Assembly: GCA_044229845.1 (NCBI GenBank)
Contig: JBGASG010000009.1
Location: 135,269 to 199,268 of the forward strand
From: Candidatus Obscuribacteraceae bacterium
GTDB taxonomy: Bacteria; Cyanobacteriota; Vampirovibrionia; Obscuribacterales; Obscuribacteraceae
DNA length: 64,000 bases
Reading direction: 5' to 3'
The translations under genes and the position numbers were made by a program. This document shows positions 9,812 through 19,610 of the stretch, piece by piece; position 1 is the stretch's first letter; each line of letters opens with the position of its first letter. A model generated the notes under the pieces. It was not told where the DNA came from. It made no database searches and saw only the letters and a list, made by a program, of their open reading frames with translations.

Positions 9812-10512
9812 AAAACGGCGGCAGCAGCTATATCTTGATTGTCGAAGACGAGCTGGTGATTGCCGGGATTCTGGCTGATTACTTGAAACAATCAGGTTTC
9901 CGCACCAAACATGTGGACAACGGCATCGATGCCGTCGATGCCGTCAAGAAAGAAGCGCCGGATCTGGTCCTATTAGATGTAATGCTGCCCGGAAAAGACG
10001 GACTGGAAGTCTGCCGTGAGATTCGTACTTTCTCGACTGTGCCTGTGATTATGGTAACCGCCAAAGTTGATGAGATCGACAAACTGCTAGGGCTGGAGCT
10101 CGGTGCCGATGATTACATCTGCAAGCCCTTCAGCCCGCGCGAAGTGGTGGCACGAGTGAAGGCTTCTTTTCGGCGCGCCAAGTACGCAGCCACCACCGAC
10201 ACCGGCAAGCGCCAGCTGATCGAGATAGATGAGCCGCGCGCGCGAATCACGGTAAGTGGGCACCGGCTCGACCTGACTCCCACAGAATATCGGCTTCTGA
10301 AACTGCTCGCCAGCAACCCGGGGAGAGTCTACTCTCGCGCACAACTTCTTGATCTTTGCTACCAGCAAGAGCAACAAATATTCGATCGGGTAATCGACAG
10401 CCACGTTAAGAACGTGCGGCGCAAGCTGGCAAAGGTGCTGTCAGGACAGGACGTCATTCATGCTGTGTACGGTGTCGGCTATCGCTTCGAAATCGATAGC
10501 GGTCAGTCCTGA
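9805..10512 (+). CDS. baeR: BaeR-like OmpR-family response regulator
   Basis: IVEDE, LLDVMLP, GADDYICKPFSPRE and winged-helix LTPTEY..RVIDSHVKN..YGVGY. Overlaps the kinase stop. Confidence 0.88.
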   Translation: MVENGGSSYILIVEDELVIAGILADYLKQSGFRTKHVDNGIDAVDAVKKEAPDLVLLDVMLPGKDGLEVCREIRTFSTVPVIMVTAKVDEIDKLLGLELGADDYICKPFSPREVVARVKASFRRAKYAATTDTGKRQLIEIDEPRARITVSGHRLDLTPTEYRLLKLLASNPGRVYSRAQLLDLCYQQEQQIFDRVIDSHVKNVRRKLAKVLSGQDVIHAVYGVGYRFEIDSGQS

Positions 10513-10644
10513 AAGCAATGTTGGCGCGCTGCTAACTCGAGGCAAAGTAATTGCAAAGGCTGCGTAAGAGACGTCGATTGGGCGTTTTCGGGCTTTGCAA
10601 ATTTCGCAAAGGTGACATTATGGAGGTGTCAGAGGAGCTGAGCG

Positions 10645-11553
10645 ATGAATCTCCGAAAGTCTCTACACGTTACCGCAATCATTCTCTCCTCTGTCATCTT
10701 TATAGGCGCGAGTCATGTTGCTGGTGCTGCCGGCGAGAGTTCAGTTCCCGCTGGAAAAGTAGCCGGCGGTTCCAGTAACAAAATTGCAGCTGACCTGATG
10801 CGTCTGAAAACATACAAAGATAGCGAGAAAGTGATAGCCGACCCGCAGGTCCAAAAGCTTCTGAAAGGCGTGATGGGCACTTCTCTCAATCAACTCCACA
10901 ATCAGACGCAGGGCTATGAAGAGCCGCAAGTGACCGGCAACGAAATGATTTTGCACGGTGGTGTTGCCGGTTTGTACGGACAGATGGAAGCCGTGGTTTC
11001 TCTGAATCTGGCGACGAGTGAAACATGTGTAGCCCTGCTCAACGCCGAAGATCTGACGATTTTCAGCAAAGTGTCTGATCGCACCATGCTTTCGGGTGGC
11101 GTTAAGAGTTTCATCAAAGATATGGAGGCGCAGGGCGCTCGCAAAATAACTTTCTCGAAGCCCACAACTAATCCGATTGCGCTGGAAACCGGCATTATCA
11201 AGACGGACAAAAATCTCAATGTCGCGATCGTCACCGGCACTTTTCAGCGCCAGGGCACAGAGCGGTGGGCTGATTCGACTCTGAAACTACAGGCACTGCC
11301 CGGTGGAAAAATCAAATTCGAGCTGGAATCGGCTCAGGGAGCGAGAACCGGCGGTGTCAGCGGCACGGCTGCAATCAAGAGCGGAGTGGCAAAGTTTTAT
11401 ACAGATGGCGGTAGCACCATCACACTCAAAATTAGTGGTGCCCAGGCCGATGTCTCAATTGACGATAAGGGTGATTATGGCGGCGTGGGCGTGACGCCTG
11501 AAGGGCACTATTTGAAGAAGTCGAGTGCCGTGCCCAAGTTTTCCGCACACTGA
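10645..11553 (+). CDS. Secreted hypothetical protein
   Basis: 302-aa ORF with GAGGAG RBS and N-terminal signal peptide. No family recognised. Confidence 0.75.
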   Translation: MNLRKSLHVTAIILSSVIFIGASHVAGAAGESSVPAGKVAGGSSNKIAADLMRLKTYKDSEKVIADPQVQKLLKGVMGTSLNQLHNQTQGYEEPQVTGNEMILHGGVAGLYGQMEAVVSLNLATSETCVALLNAEDLTIFSKVSDRTMLSGGVKSFIKDMEAQGARKITFSKPTTNPIALETGIIKTDKNLNVAIVTGTFQRQGTERWADSTLKLQALPGGKIKFELESAQGARTGGVSGTAAIKSGVAKFYTDGGSTITLKISGAQADVSIDDKGDYGGVGVTPEGHYLKKSSAVPKFSAH

Positions 11554-11589
11554 TCAGAGTCCGTCGGTATCTCCCCGGCGGATTTCTGT

Positions 11590-14500
11590 TTATTGCAGCT
11601 CGGCCATAGCCACGGCATAGGCGAGCGTGTTGCGATCACCGTGCTCTTTTACCCAGTCCAGTTGCGACTGCGCTTCGTCCTTCTCGCCGGTCAGCTTCGA
11701 TTTGATGCCGATAAAAGTGTGCGCTTCCGTGAGGCGCGCAGCTCCCTTTGTGCTATTCAGCAGCTCTTCTGCTGAAATGTCTCCGGCTAGATACTTAGCT
11801 TCCGGCATCGGCCAGCCGGTTATTTGAATGCGATACAGAGAATCGCGCAGCTTGAGCTTCGCTTCGCCTTCGTTCGATTCTTTCGCGCGAATCAGGTATT
11901 TCCAAATTTCTGCGTTCAGCTGATCGTTGCCGTCTTCGGCGTGCTCGACGTATTCATCCATGGCTTTCATCGCTTCGGCGGGATTGGATTCATAGAGCAG
12001 AGCTACGGCGCGCAGCAAGGGCGGATATGTCCAGTTGGGTGACGAAGCTTGAGCTTTTTCAGCCGCGCTGAGCGCTGTGCTGTAGTCGCCGTGCAGGAGA
12101 CATATTTCGGCTTTCTTCGTCAGGAAATATCCTGGCTTTTTACTGTATTCAAGTCCGCGTTTGATTTGTTGCGCCGCTCTTTGATCGTCTTCCATCGCGA
12201 TGTAGCACTCGGCGTTCTTCTGATAGGGTGCCGCCCAGGTCGGTAGCGCATGCTGTGCCATAACACAATATTCTTGTGCTTCTTTAGGCTTGCCTGCCTT
12301 CAGCAAAGCGTCAGCGGCTGCCAGAAGCGCCTTGGGATCGCTTTTGGTCATGCGCACATAATGCTCGTAGTCATCAGCTGCCCGTTCGTAATCCTCTTCC
12401 ATCATGAACAAGTCGCCACGCAACTGGTACGCTCGCGGGAACTTAGCATCGAATGTCAGCGCAGCCGTCAAGTCTTGCATAGCATCTTCGGTGTTGCCGA
12501 GTTTTAGATAGACGTTGGCGCGAACAACATAGAAATTAGAGTTGGAAGGATCGAGTTCGATGGCATTTGAATAGTGATCGAGCGCCTCGTCGTAGTTGCC
12601 GAGCATGTGGTAACACAGACCCAGGTTTAGCTCGGCGTCGGCACTGGGTTTGTGCCGTTCTCTGATGTAAGCGTTGTAATCGGAAATCGCATTGGTCCAG
12701 CGTTTCAAGTCTGTGAGCGCGTAGGCGCGTGTGAAATATGCATTCACCAGAGTGCGGTCCAGCTCGAGCGCTCGTGTCGCATCGGCAACTGCCAGCTCTG
12801 GTTTGCCGAGCTGCGTGTAGATTTGTGCACGGTAAAGATAAGCGCGTCCATATTTCGGGTCGTGTCTGATGGCGGCATCGACGCCTTTGATCGCTTCGCC
12901 GAGTTTTTTCAATTTTCGCTTTGCGTACGCCCAGTCAGTCCAGGCTTTTGGATCGTTCAAGTCTTGTGCGCTTTCGATTACCTTGCTCGACTGTGTAAGC
13001 AGCTGGGCCGCAACGTCGTTGGTCAAGCGTTTCAGGCGCTCATCGCCTGGATGTGATTGTTCCAGATCGCCAAGGGCATCAAGCGCGTCCGCATATCGTC
13101 CTTTCTGTGCGGCAAGGCGCGCCCAATCAAGGCAGTAATCAACATCCTGAGTTCGATAACTGCGAGCCAGATCGTAGTATTTGAGGGCATTTTCAGTATC
13201 TTGCTGGCGCAGTGCGACGTCGCCGAGAATGTGATAAGCCTCGGCATTTTCTTTGTCGAGATTGATCGCCTTTTGTGCTTGCTCTTCGGCTCCGGCGTAG
13301 TCTTTTAGAATCAGCAAACAGCGCGCGTAATCAGAAAATATCTCAGGGTTGGGAGCCAGCCCAGCCGCTTGGGCGAGATGCTGTTTTGCTGCCTCGTTGT
13401 CTTTAATTTTCAGTTCAGCAAGTCCGCGCGTGTGTAAATACAACTCCCGCATCTTGTCGGAGCGAATTTCATCCTGTATTTGATCGAGCTCTTCGATCGC
13501 TTTGGACGCCTCTTGCCGCTCAACCAGGCAGCGCGCCATATATAACCTGGCTTCAACGTTTCCGGGAGCGAGTCGCTTGACGCGGTCGAAATCCTCTACC
13601 GCTTTGTCATAGGTGAGTTGCTCCATCTCGGCGCGTGCGCGCAAGAAGTATGCTTCCGAGTTGTTCGGATACTTGTCGATCACACGCGTGGATAATTCGA
13701 TCGTGTCCCAATCATCCTCTTTCTTGGCGGCATCTTTAGCTGCCAGCAAGAGGCGCTCTTCCTCGGATTTGGTTAAGCGGGTCAATCCCGTCAAGCCGGA
13801 GTTGACGTCGATCGTGGAGTGGTTCCATAACGGGATGGTCAGCGCTGCCACTCCGATCGCCACTGCCACCACCACACCGCCGACGATGGCAACGGTCTTC
13901 ATAGGCGAACGTTGCGCCGGCTCATCAAGTGTCTCAGGATCTACTTGCGGGAGGTCCTGCGTATTAACAGCGGAGTTCTGCTCGGTTGGTGCCCGGTCTT
14001 CGCCTTCTTCTTCGTCATCGTCGTAGTAATCATCCAGATAGATGCGTCTTCCCGAGCTGCGGCGTTTTGCGAAGTCGTCGTCGCTCGAGGCGGGCACCGG
14101 CAAGTTCTTTGATTCGAAAATCGGCTTCGGACCGCTGGCTGACGGTGAATCAATGGACATGCGCGTCGAGTCTTGCGGCTCCGGCTCTGCACTGGCGCTG
14201 CCGCCCGAGACGAACGGCTTCAGCGGCCGGCCTGGCTGGCTGACGGCCCGGGTAGAGTCTTGCGGTGGTTCTTCATCGGTGGACGCCGGTAAAACTGACG
14301 GTGCTACGGATTTTCTCTGGTCGCCGGTAGAGATTGCCGCCCGCGTGGAATCTTGCGGCGGTTCGGCGGTGGTTTCGTCCGGCACTGCCGCCGGTGCTGC
14401 GTCGTGCACTGTATCTGGTGCTAGTGGTGGATCGACCTCCGGCAGATTGTGATTGCTGGCGCCTGGCGGCATCGCCCCTGGTGGTATAGCACCGAGCGGC

Positions 14501-15057
14501 ACGGCACCGGGGGGCAGCCCGCCGTTTGGTATCGCATCTGGTGATAACGGGGTCAACGGTATGGCACCGGGAGGCAGCTCCGGTACGATGGCACCCGGCG
14601 ATAAGCCAGGTTGAATCGCTTGTGGATTTTGACTGGGGTCACCCTGATACGGCATCAACACCCAGCCATGCGTCGGGACCCAGACTGGAATTCCGTACCC
14701 GGGAGCGATTTGACCGCCCTGACCCTGAATCGCCTGCCACTGACTGATTTGTTCTGGGACCGACGGGCCCTGCTCTGACGTGTAGGGATAGGGCGGCGGA
14801 CCTAAGCCGGACGGGTATCCTTTTAAAGCTTCTTCGTCCACCGGTTGCGCGTCGGCGCTTTCCTGCGCTTCGGCGCTTTCTTTCGTGTCGGTGGCTTCCG
14901 GCGTGACGGCATCTTTGGCGGCTCCCTTCTTCTTTGAGCCTTTGCGCCCTCTTGAAGACTTTAGATCACCAGCGCCGGAGCCGGATTTGGAATCCTCGCT
15001 CCGGTTGGATTGGCTGGAATCGTTGCCAGTGCCCTGTTTTGGGTCTTCGTCATCCAT
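11590..15057 (-). CDS. Membrane-anchored TPR-repeat protein with long disordered N-terminus and NlpI-like C-terminus
   Basis: Pro/acidic N-terminal ~390 aa, one TM helix, many TPRs. C-terminal W..P.AKYLAG.IS..ELL...TEAH..IG motif. Confidence 0.8.
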   Translation of the reverse strand: MDDEDPKQGTGNDSSQSNRSEDSKSGSGAGDLKSSRGRKGSKKKGAAKDAVTPEATDTKESAEAQESADAQPVDEEALKGYPSGLGPPPYPYTSEQGPSVPEQISQWQAIQGQGGQIAPGYGIPVWVPTHGWVLMPYQGDPSQNPQAIQPGLSPGAIVPELPPGAIPLTPLSPDAIPNGGLPPGAVPLGAIPPGAMPPGASNHNLPEVDPPLAPDTVHDAAPAAVPDETTAEPPQDSTRAAISTGDQRKSVAPSVLPASTDEEPPQDSTRAVSQPGRPLKPFVSGGSASAEPEPQDSTRMSIDSPSASGPKPIFESKNLPVPASSDDDFAKRRSSGRRIYLDDYYDDDEEEGEDRAPTEQNSAVNTQDLPQVDPETLDEPAQRSPMKTVAIVGGVVVAVAIGVAALTIPLWNHSTIDVNSGLTGLTRLTKSEEERLLLAAKDAAKKEDDWDTIELSTRVIDKYPNNSEAYFLRARAEMEQLTYDKAVEDFDRVKRLAPGNVEARLYMARCLVERQEASKAIEELDQIQDEIRSDKMRELYLHTRGLAELKIKDNEAAKQHLAQAAGLAPNPEIFSDYARCLLILKDYAGAEEQAQKAINLDKENAEAYHILGDVALRQQDTENALKYYDLARSYRTQDVDYCLDWARLAAQKGRYADALDALGDLEQSHPGDERLKRLTNDVAAQLLTQSSKVIESAQDLNDPKAWTDWAYAKRKLKKLGEAIKGVDAAIRHDPKYGRAYLYRAQIYTQLGKPELAVADATRALELDRTLVNAYFTRAYALTDLKRWTNAISDYNAYIRERHKPSADAELNLGLCYHMLGNYDEALDHYSNAIELDPSNSNFYVVRANVYLKLGNTEDAMQDLTAALTFDAKFPRAYQLRGDLFMMEEDYERAADDYEHYVRMTKSDPKALLAAADALLKAGKPKEAQEYCVMAQHALPTWAAPYQKNAECYIAMEDDQRAAQQIKRGLEYSKKPGYFLTKKAEICLLHGDYSTALSAAEKAQASSPNWTYPPLLRAVALLYESNPAEAMKAMDEYVEHAEDGNDQLNAEIWKYLIRAKESNEGEAKLKLRDSLYRIQITGWPMPEAKYLAGDISAEELLNSTKGAARLTEAHTFIGIKSKLTGEKDEAQSQLDWVKEHGDRNTLAYAVAMAELQ

Positions 15058-15132
15058 TGGCGACTACCGCATGGTTCGGTCTTCATTGTCTCATAAGGGT
15101 GACTGGCGTAACGACTTGGGATTTCACCCGAC

Positions 15133-15954
15133 TCATTTTGCCGGTGGTGTCGGCTCCAGCAATTTGGCATCCACCAGAATTCTTTCCGTAATGTCCCGGG
15201 CGCGACGTCCCCAGGCATTGTCTTTGCTCTTGATATTGGTGGCAAACACATAGGGATGTCCATCGTGCACGACGTAGCCGACAAACCAGCCGAGCACTCG
15301 CTTGCCGTCTTTTGCATCGGTGCCGGTCTTGCCGGCGAACACCGTATCTGGTGTCTCCTTCAGTTTGATCAATGTCTTGACTGTGTCCTGCGACGAAGTT
15401 GAAAATGGCAGCTTGTCGAAATAGAGCTTTTTGAGAAACTCCACCTGCTCGTCCGCTGAAATCTTCAATGAAGAATCAAGCCAGAATGTGGTCAGTCCTC
15501 CCGATAAATCGCGATTGCCGTAGTCAACGTCGTCGATGTACTTTTGCATGCGCGGCATACCGACGTCACGGGCCACGTTTTGAAAATACCAGACGACCGA
15601 ATCAGTGACGGCAGATTGCAATGTCTGGTCTTTGTTCCAATTGTCCATGGGGCGTCGTTTGCCGTCCCACTTCATCTTATGATCGGCGCCGGTCAGTACT
15701 CCCGAGTCCAAACCGGCCAGTGAGTTGAATATCTTGAAAGTAGAACAGGGCGAAATCTGCTCGGCACAACGCTTCTTGTTGTAGCGAATGGTGTGTCCTG
15801 ATTCCAGGTCTACAAATACAAAAGCACCGTCGTAACCGGTGAAGTATTTCGGCAGACTCTCAGTCTTTACCGATGTCTCTGTTTCTAAGTCTTTAGCATA
15901 AGATGGAGACGTCAATACAAGGGCAGCGACAAGCGGTAACAGCTGTTTCATCAT
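15133..15954 (-). CDS. Class D (OXA-type) beta-lactamase / penicillin-binding protein
   Basis: STFK, SVV, YGN, W.DSSLKIS and KTG motifs, plus a signal peptide. Confidence 0.88.
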   Translation of the reverse strand: MMKQLLPLVAALVLTSPSYAKDLETETSVKTESLPKYFTGYDGAFVFVDLESGHTIRYNKKRCAEQISPCSTFKIFNSLAGLDSGVLTGADHKMKWDGKRRPMDNWNKDQTLQSAVTDSVVWYFQNVARDVGMPRMQKYIDDVDYGNRDLSGGLTTFWLDSSLKISADEQVEFLKKLYFDKLPFSTSSQDTVKTLIKLKETPDTVFAGKTGTDAKDGKRVLGWFVGYVVHDGHPYVFATNIKSKDNAWGRRARDITERILVDAKLLEPTPPAK

Positions 15955-16166
15955 GGTACGTTCCTTTGCCCTGGGGAGATAGGAACAATGTACAGGGTCA
16001 GTGTTAAATGCAATGTCGAATGTGAAGGTCTAACCAGCTTCTAACCCGCAGCCAACAAATCTCCTCCCAGAGCGCGGTGGTGCACCGGGCACCAGATATG
16101 ATGCCCGGCGCTAGGGCACCGCGTTCGCTTCAGTACACGGCATGTTAGCGGCAAGCTGTGAATCGG

Positions 16167-16197
16167 GTGTGTAGAAAGTGTGGAGTTTGTGTGGAGT
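16167..16197 (-). promoter_or_regulatory. Three 11-bp-phased direct repeats (CTCCACAC on minus strand)
   Basis: GTGTGTAG at 16167, GTGTGGAG at 16178 and 16189. TAACAT -10-like hexamer at 16147-16142 faces the OXA gene. Confidence 0.45.
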
Positions 16198-16296
16198 CGG
16201 GCACGTACTTTCCACCTTGTTTCGTGCTACTCGAACACTATGATCGAGTCCGAGGTAAGCGGTGCACGCAACATCTCTTTGGGAGCGTAAACCGAA

Positions 16297-16995
16297 ATGC
16301 AAATAATGATCAATCACCTGTCTCGCCTGCGAGGCAATAAGATAGCGGTGGCCGGGCTGGATCTTGCCAATCCCGGTCGCCATGTCCGACCCATGCTCAA
16401 TGATTTCGATGCTCTGCTGGAGTCTAAGACCAACGGTTCATCAGTGTTTTCGCTCGGTGCGATTGTCAATTTGACAGGCACTTCTGCGTCCAAAGCCTCT
16501 CACCACGGAGACGAGCACGTGATCACGTATGTGAGAGCAAAGAAGGTTGCTCAGTTGCATCCGATCGACTTCTGGCGCACACTGGGTGATATTGCCAGAC
16601 CGACATTGCGTTCGATCTTCGGCGACGATGTGCAACTGCTCTCCCATCGTTACGTGATCGAACGGTTTCGGGCGCGCAGCGGCTTTGGCTGTTTGCGCAT
16701 CATGCATACCGCAACCTTATATAAGGGATACCGGTATGCCCGCTTGCGCTGGCTCTCTGATGGACGCATCATCGATTGCCCGGTCACCGATGCACGCCTC
16801 TATGATCGTTCTGGCGCGGTGCGCGACAACTTGATCGCGCATCTCAACGAGCGCATCAAGCGCGGAGAGGCGTTGATTGTCGCTGTCGGGTTGTCGCGCG
16901 GATTTAGACGACCTGGCGGGCGCAGAGAGTTGCACTGGATTCAAATAAACAACCTCTATCTAGAGACAGACCCGCTCGGTGACGAGTGGGCGTGA
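16297..16995 (+). CDS. Dual-OB-fold-like protein, paralogue 1
   Basis: Clear paralogue of 19611-20324: I.INHL.R...K.AVAG, H.RP, F.LGA..N, V.D.RL, VGLSR, H..Q.NN.Y...DPLGD.W. Family name is from memory of DUF488-associated proteins. Confidence 0.65.
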   Translation: MQIMINHLSRLRGNKIAVAGLDLANPGRHVRPMLNDFDALLESKTNGSSVFSLGAIVNLTGTSASKASHHGDEHVITYVRAKKVAQLHPIDFWRTLGDIARPTLRSIFGDDVQLLSHRYVIERFRARSGFGCLRIMHTATLYKGYRYARLRWLSDGRIIDCPVTDARLYDRSGAVRDNLIAHLNERIKRGEALIVAVGLSRGFRRPGGRRELHWIQINNLYLETDPLGDEWA

Positions 16996-17077
16996 TATCA
17001 AGGATGGTCTGATCGCTCCGTGTCGCGCAGGGGCGGCACGGCTGCGAGGCCGCTTCGGGTCGAGTATACTGTCACCT

Positions 17078-18013
17078 ATGAAAAGGCTGCTTGTTTTGAT
17101 TCCGGTACTGTGTGTGGTGCTGAGCGCTTGTAACGGCGGCACCGAGACTCCTTATGAAAAGCTTTCTGCGCAGGGTGTTGCCCAGTTCAACGAGCGCAAA
17201 TACGCCGAAGCAGAAGCGTCATTTCAGCAGGCGTTGAGAGAGGCTGAGAAGGAACAGAATCAGATTCTCATCAATAAAACATTGATGAATCTCTCCAACG
17301 CTTACGATCGCATGGGCAAGTCCAGCGAATCAATCGACTATGCCGACCGAGCGATCAAGGCTGGTGAAAAGGCTTACAAGCCCGGCGATGCTGAGTTGCT
17401 CAAGCAAATGCAGTTTGTGTCGAGCTTGTACTTGAAAGACGCGCGGTACGCTGACGCACAGGCAATGCTGGAGCGCATTATTGCGCAAGGCGATAAAACG
17501 TTGACTCCAATTGGACTGGCGAGCATTCGCAGCAATCTGGCGCTTATGTATCGCTCACAGGGACGAATGAAAGACGCTGAGCGTATCAATCGGCAGGCGC
17601 TGGAAGCCTTCAAACAAGAACTGGGAGATGAAGACTTCCATACTGCCGCCGCGCTGATAAATCTGGGCGGCAACAACATAGATAATGGCAATCTTCCGGA
17701 GGCGCGACTGAACACTGAAAAAGGACTGTCCATTCTGGAGAAAACTTTTGGCAACGAGCATCTGCATCCCTCCACGGCCCGTGCGCAGCTGGCTTTGATT
17801 CAATGGAAGTCTGGCAACAAAGCCGAAGCGGAGAAGATATATAAGGAAGCTCTTCCTGCCTTGCAGAAAGTCAACGAAAAGTACGCCAACACCAAACTGG
17901 GCACGCAGTATCCGCCGACTATGGAAGAATATGCCAGGCAGTGGCAGGAAAAGTACGACGCCGCCGTCAAAACAGCCGGAGCATCCGCTCACTCAGCTCA
18001 GTCAGCTCACTAG
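17078..18013 (+). CDS. TPR lipoprotein
   Basis: MKRLLVLIPVLCVVLSAC lipobox and TPR helices. TATACT 7 nt upstream of the ATG suggests a possibly leaderless mRNA. Confidence 0.8.
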   Translation: MKRLLVLIPVLCVVLSACNGGTETPYEKLSAQGVAQFNERKYAEAEASFQQALREAEKEQNQILINKTLMNLSNAYDRMGKSSESIDYADRAIKAGEKAYKPGDAELLKQMQFVSSLYLKDARYADAQAMLERIIAQGDKTLTPIGLASIRSNLALMYRSQGRMKDAERINRQALEAFKQELGDEDFHTAAALINLGGNNIDNGNLPEARLNTEKGLSILEKTFGNEHLHPSTARAQLALIQWKSGNKAEAEKIYKEALPALQKVNEKYANTKLGTQYPPTMEEYARQWQEKYDAAVKTAGASAHSAQSAH

Positions 18014-18019
18014 TTTGTC

Positions 18020-19087
18020 TTAATTTGATGGGTGCCACTGGCGAATGGCTGTTCCGCCTGCCACCATCGAATGAATTGCTCCTTCAAAGAACATATAAGG
18101 ATGTGCATTCGCAGGCTTGCTGAGCGCGTTCAGGCGCTTCACCGCCTCCTCAGGCAATTGGATTTCCAGTGCCGCCAGATTGTCTTCCAGTTGTTTGATC
18201 TTGGTGGCACCGATCAAGGTCGAAGTGACGCCGGGTTGGTTGTACACCCACGACAATGCCACCTGCGCGGCCGAGCATCCCAGTTCTTTAGCTATCTTTT
18301 GCGCTTCTTCGAGGATCGCCCAGTTTTTCGGCGTGAACTTATCCCATACCGGATTGTCGCTCTCTTTAGTCATTGAGAGCCGCCCTTCGGATGCGCCATT
18401 GCCTTCCTTCTTGTATTTTCCGGAGAGGAATCCGGAGGCGAGCGGGCTCCATGGACAGATGCCGACGCCAAATTCTCGAGCGGCCGGAACGTGCTCGCGT
18501 TCGATGGTGCGCTCGACCAACGAATATTCCAGTTGCATGGCCGCCACCGGCTCTAAAAGACGCAGACTGGCAAGTGTCTGCCACTTAGCCAGGTACCAGG
18601 CGGGCACGTCAGACAAACCGACATGGCGCACTTTGCCCTCGCGCACCAGATCGTTCAGTGTCAGCAAAACCTCTTCCAGTGGTGTCACCGTATCCCAGGC
18701 GTGCAACCAGTAGAGATCTATGTAATCGGTGCCCAGGCGTTTTAGAGAGCCCTCCAGCGCACGATAGATGTTTTTGCGGCCGTTGCCGCCGGCGTTGGGA
18801 TTACCTGGTTCGGCGCTGAAGGTGAATTTGGTGGCCAGCACCACTTTATCGCGCAGCTTTTCGCGATTGATGAACTTGCCGCACATCTCTTCACTGGTGC
18901 CGTTGGTATAACCGTCGGCGGTGTCGATAAAGTTACCGCCCAGCTCGATGTATTTGTCGAAGATGGCTTTGGCTGTTTCTTCTTTGCTACCCCAGCCCCA
19001 TTCTTCTCCGAAGGTCATGGTTCCCAGGCACACCGGGCTTACCTTGAGACCGGAACGTCCCAGTGTCGTGAAGTCTGTCAGTCGCAT
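18020..19087 (-). CDS. Aldo/keto reductase
   Basis: LGRSGLKVSPVCLGTMTFG, FIDTADGY, SLKRLGTDYIDLY.LH and WSPLASG motifs. Confidence 0.92.
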   Translation of the reverse strand: MRLTDFTTLGRSGLKVSPVCLGTMTFGEEWGWGSKEETAKAIFDKYIELGGNFIDTADGYTNGTSEEMCGKFINREKLRDKVVLATKFTFSAEPGNPNAGGNGRKNIYRALEGSLKRLGTDYIDLYWLHAWDTVTPLEEVLLTLNDLVREGKVRHVGLSDVPAWYLAKWQTLASLRLLEPVAAMQLEYSLVERTIEREHVPAAREFGVGICPWSPLASGFLSGKYKKEGNGASEGRLSMTKESDNPVWDKFTPKNWAILEEAQKIAKELGCSAAQVALSWVYNQPGVTSTLIGATKIKQLEDNLAALEIQLPEEAVKRLNALSKPANAHPYMFFEGAIHSMVAGGTAIRQWHPSN

Positions 19088-19150
19088 ACGAAGTCCCCTC
19101 GCTAACCGCGGCGACAGTATATCCGCTCGACATCGAAATGGTGCTGTCGC

Positions 19151-19585
19151 CTATACGTGGATAATTTCGACGCCTTCCCAGTGCCGGCGCAGATATTCAG
19201 CCACCAGTGAGCGGTGACAGTGCTGAGGCTCGCGTTCGCTACAAAGAATCACGGAGCGCTCGGGAAACAGGGTTTGCGGCAGGCGTTTTTCCACCTCGCG
19301 CCTGGACAGAAGGTCTAGAAACAACAACGAGTAGACCTGCCAATCTTTGTTTCTCTGATAGTCTGACAGCATCTCCGCGGTCGGCGCCAGGAGCGGCTCG
19401 TGAATGTATTCCATGCCGCAGATGCGGCGCAAAAAATAGTTCAGATCCATTTTTTTGGTGAAACCTGAAAGTTGCGATGTGTTGTTCAAGCGCACATCGA
19501 TGAGTCGAGAGGCACCGGTATTATTCAGCGTCTCGAAGAAGTCTTCCGCCGACCGCTTCGTAAATCCGATTGTGTAAATCTGCAT
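19151..19585 (-). CDS. DUF488 family protein
   Basis: IYTIG, LIDVR, Y.H...LAP and LCSE..P.HCHR.LVAEYL motifs. Confidence 0.85.
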   Translation of the reverse strand: MQIYTIGFTKRSAEDFFETLNNTGASRLIDVRLNNTSQLSGFTKKMDLNYFLRRICGMEYIHEPLLAPTAEMLSDYQRNKDWQVYSLLFLDLLSRREVEKRLPQTLFPERSVILCSEREPQHCHRSLVAEYLRRHWEGVEIIHV

Positions 19586-19610
19586 AGTTCATTCCTGCCC
19601 TGTCGTTATT

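Noticed and set aside
10542..10610. GCAAA repeats resembling a CpxR-type box
   Set aside because: Short, with inconsistent spacing (11 and 9 nt); could be chance.
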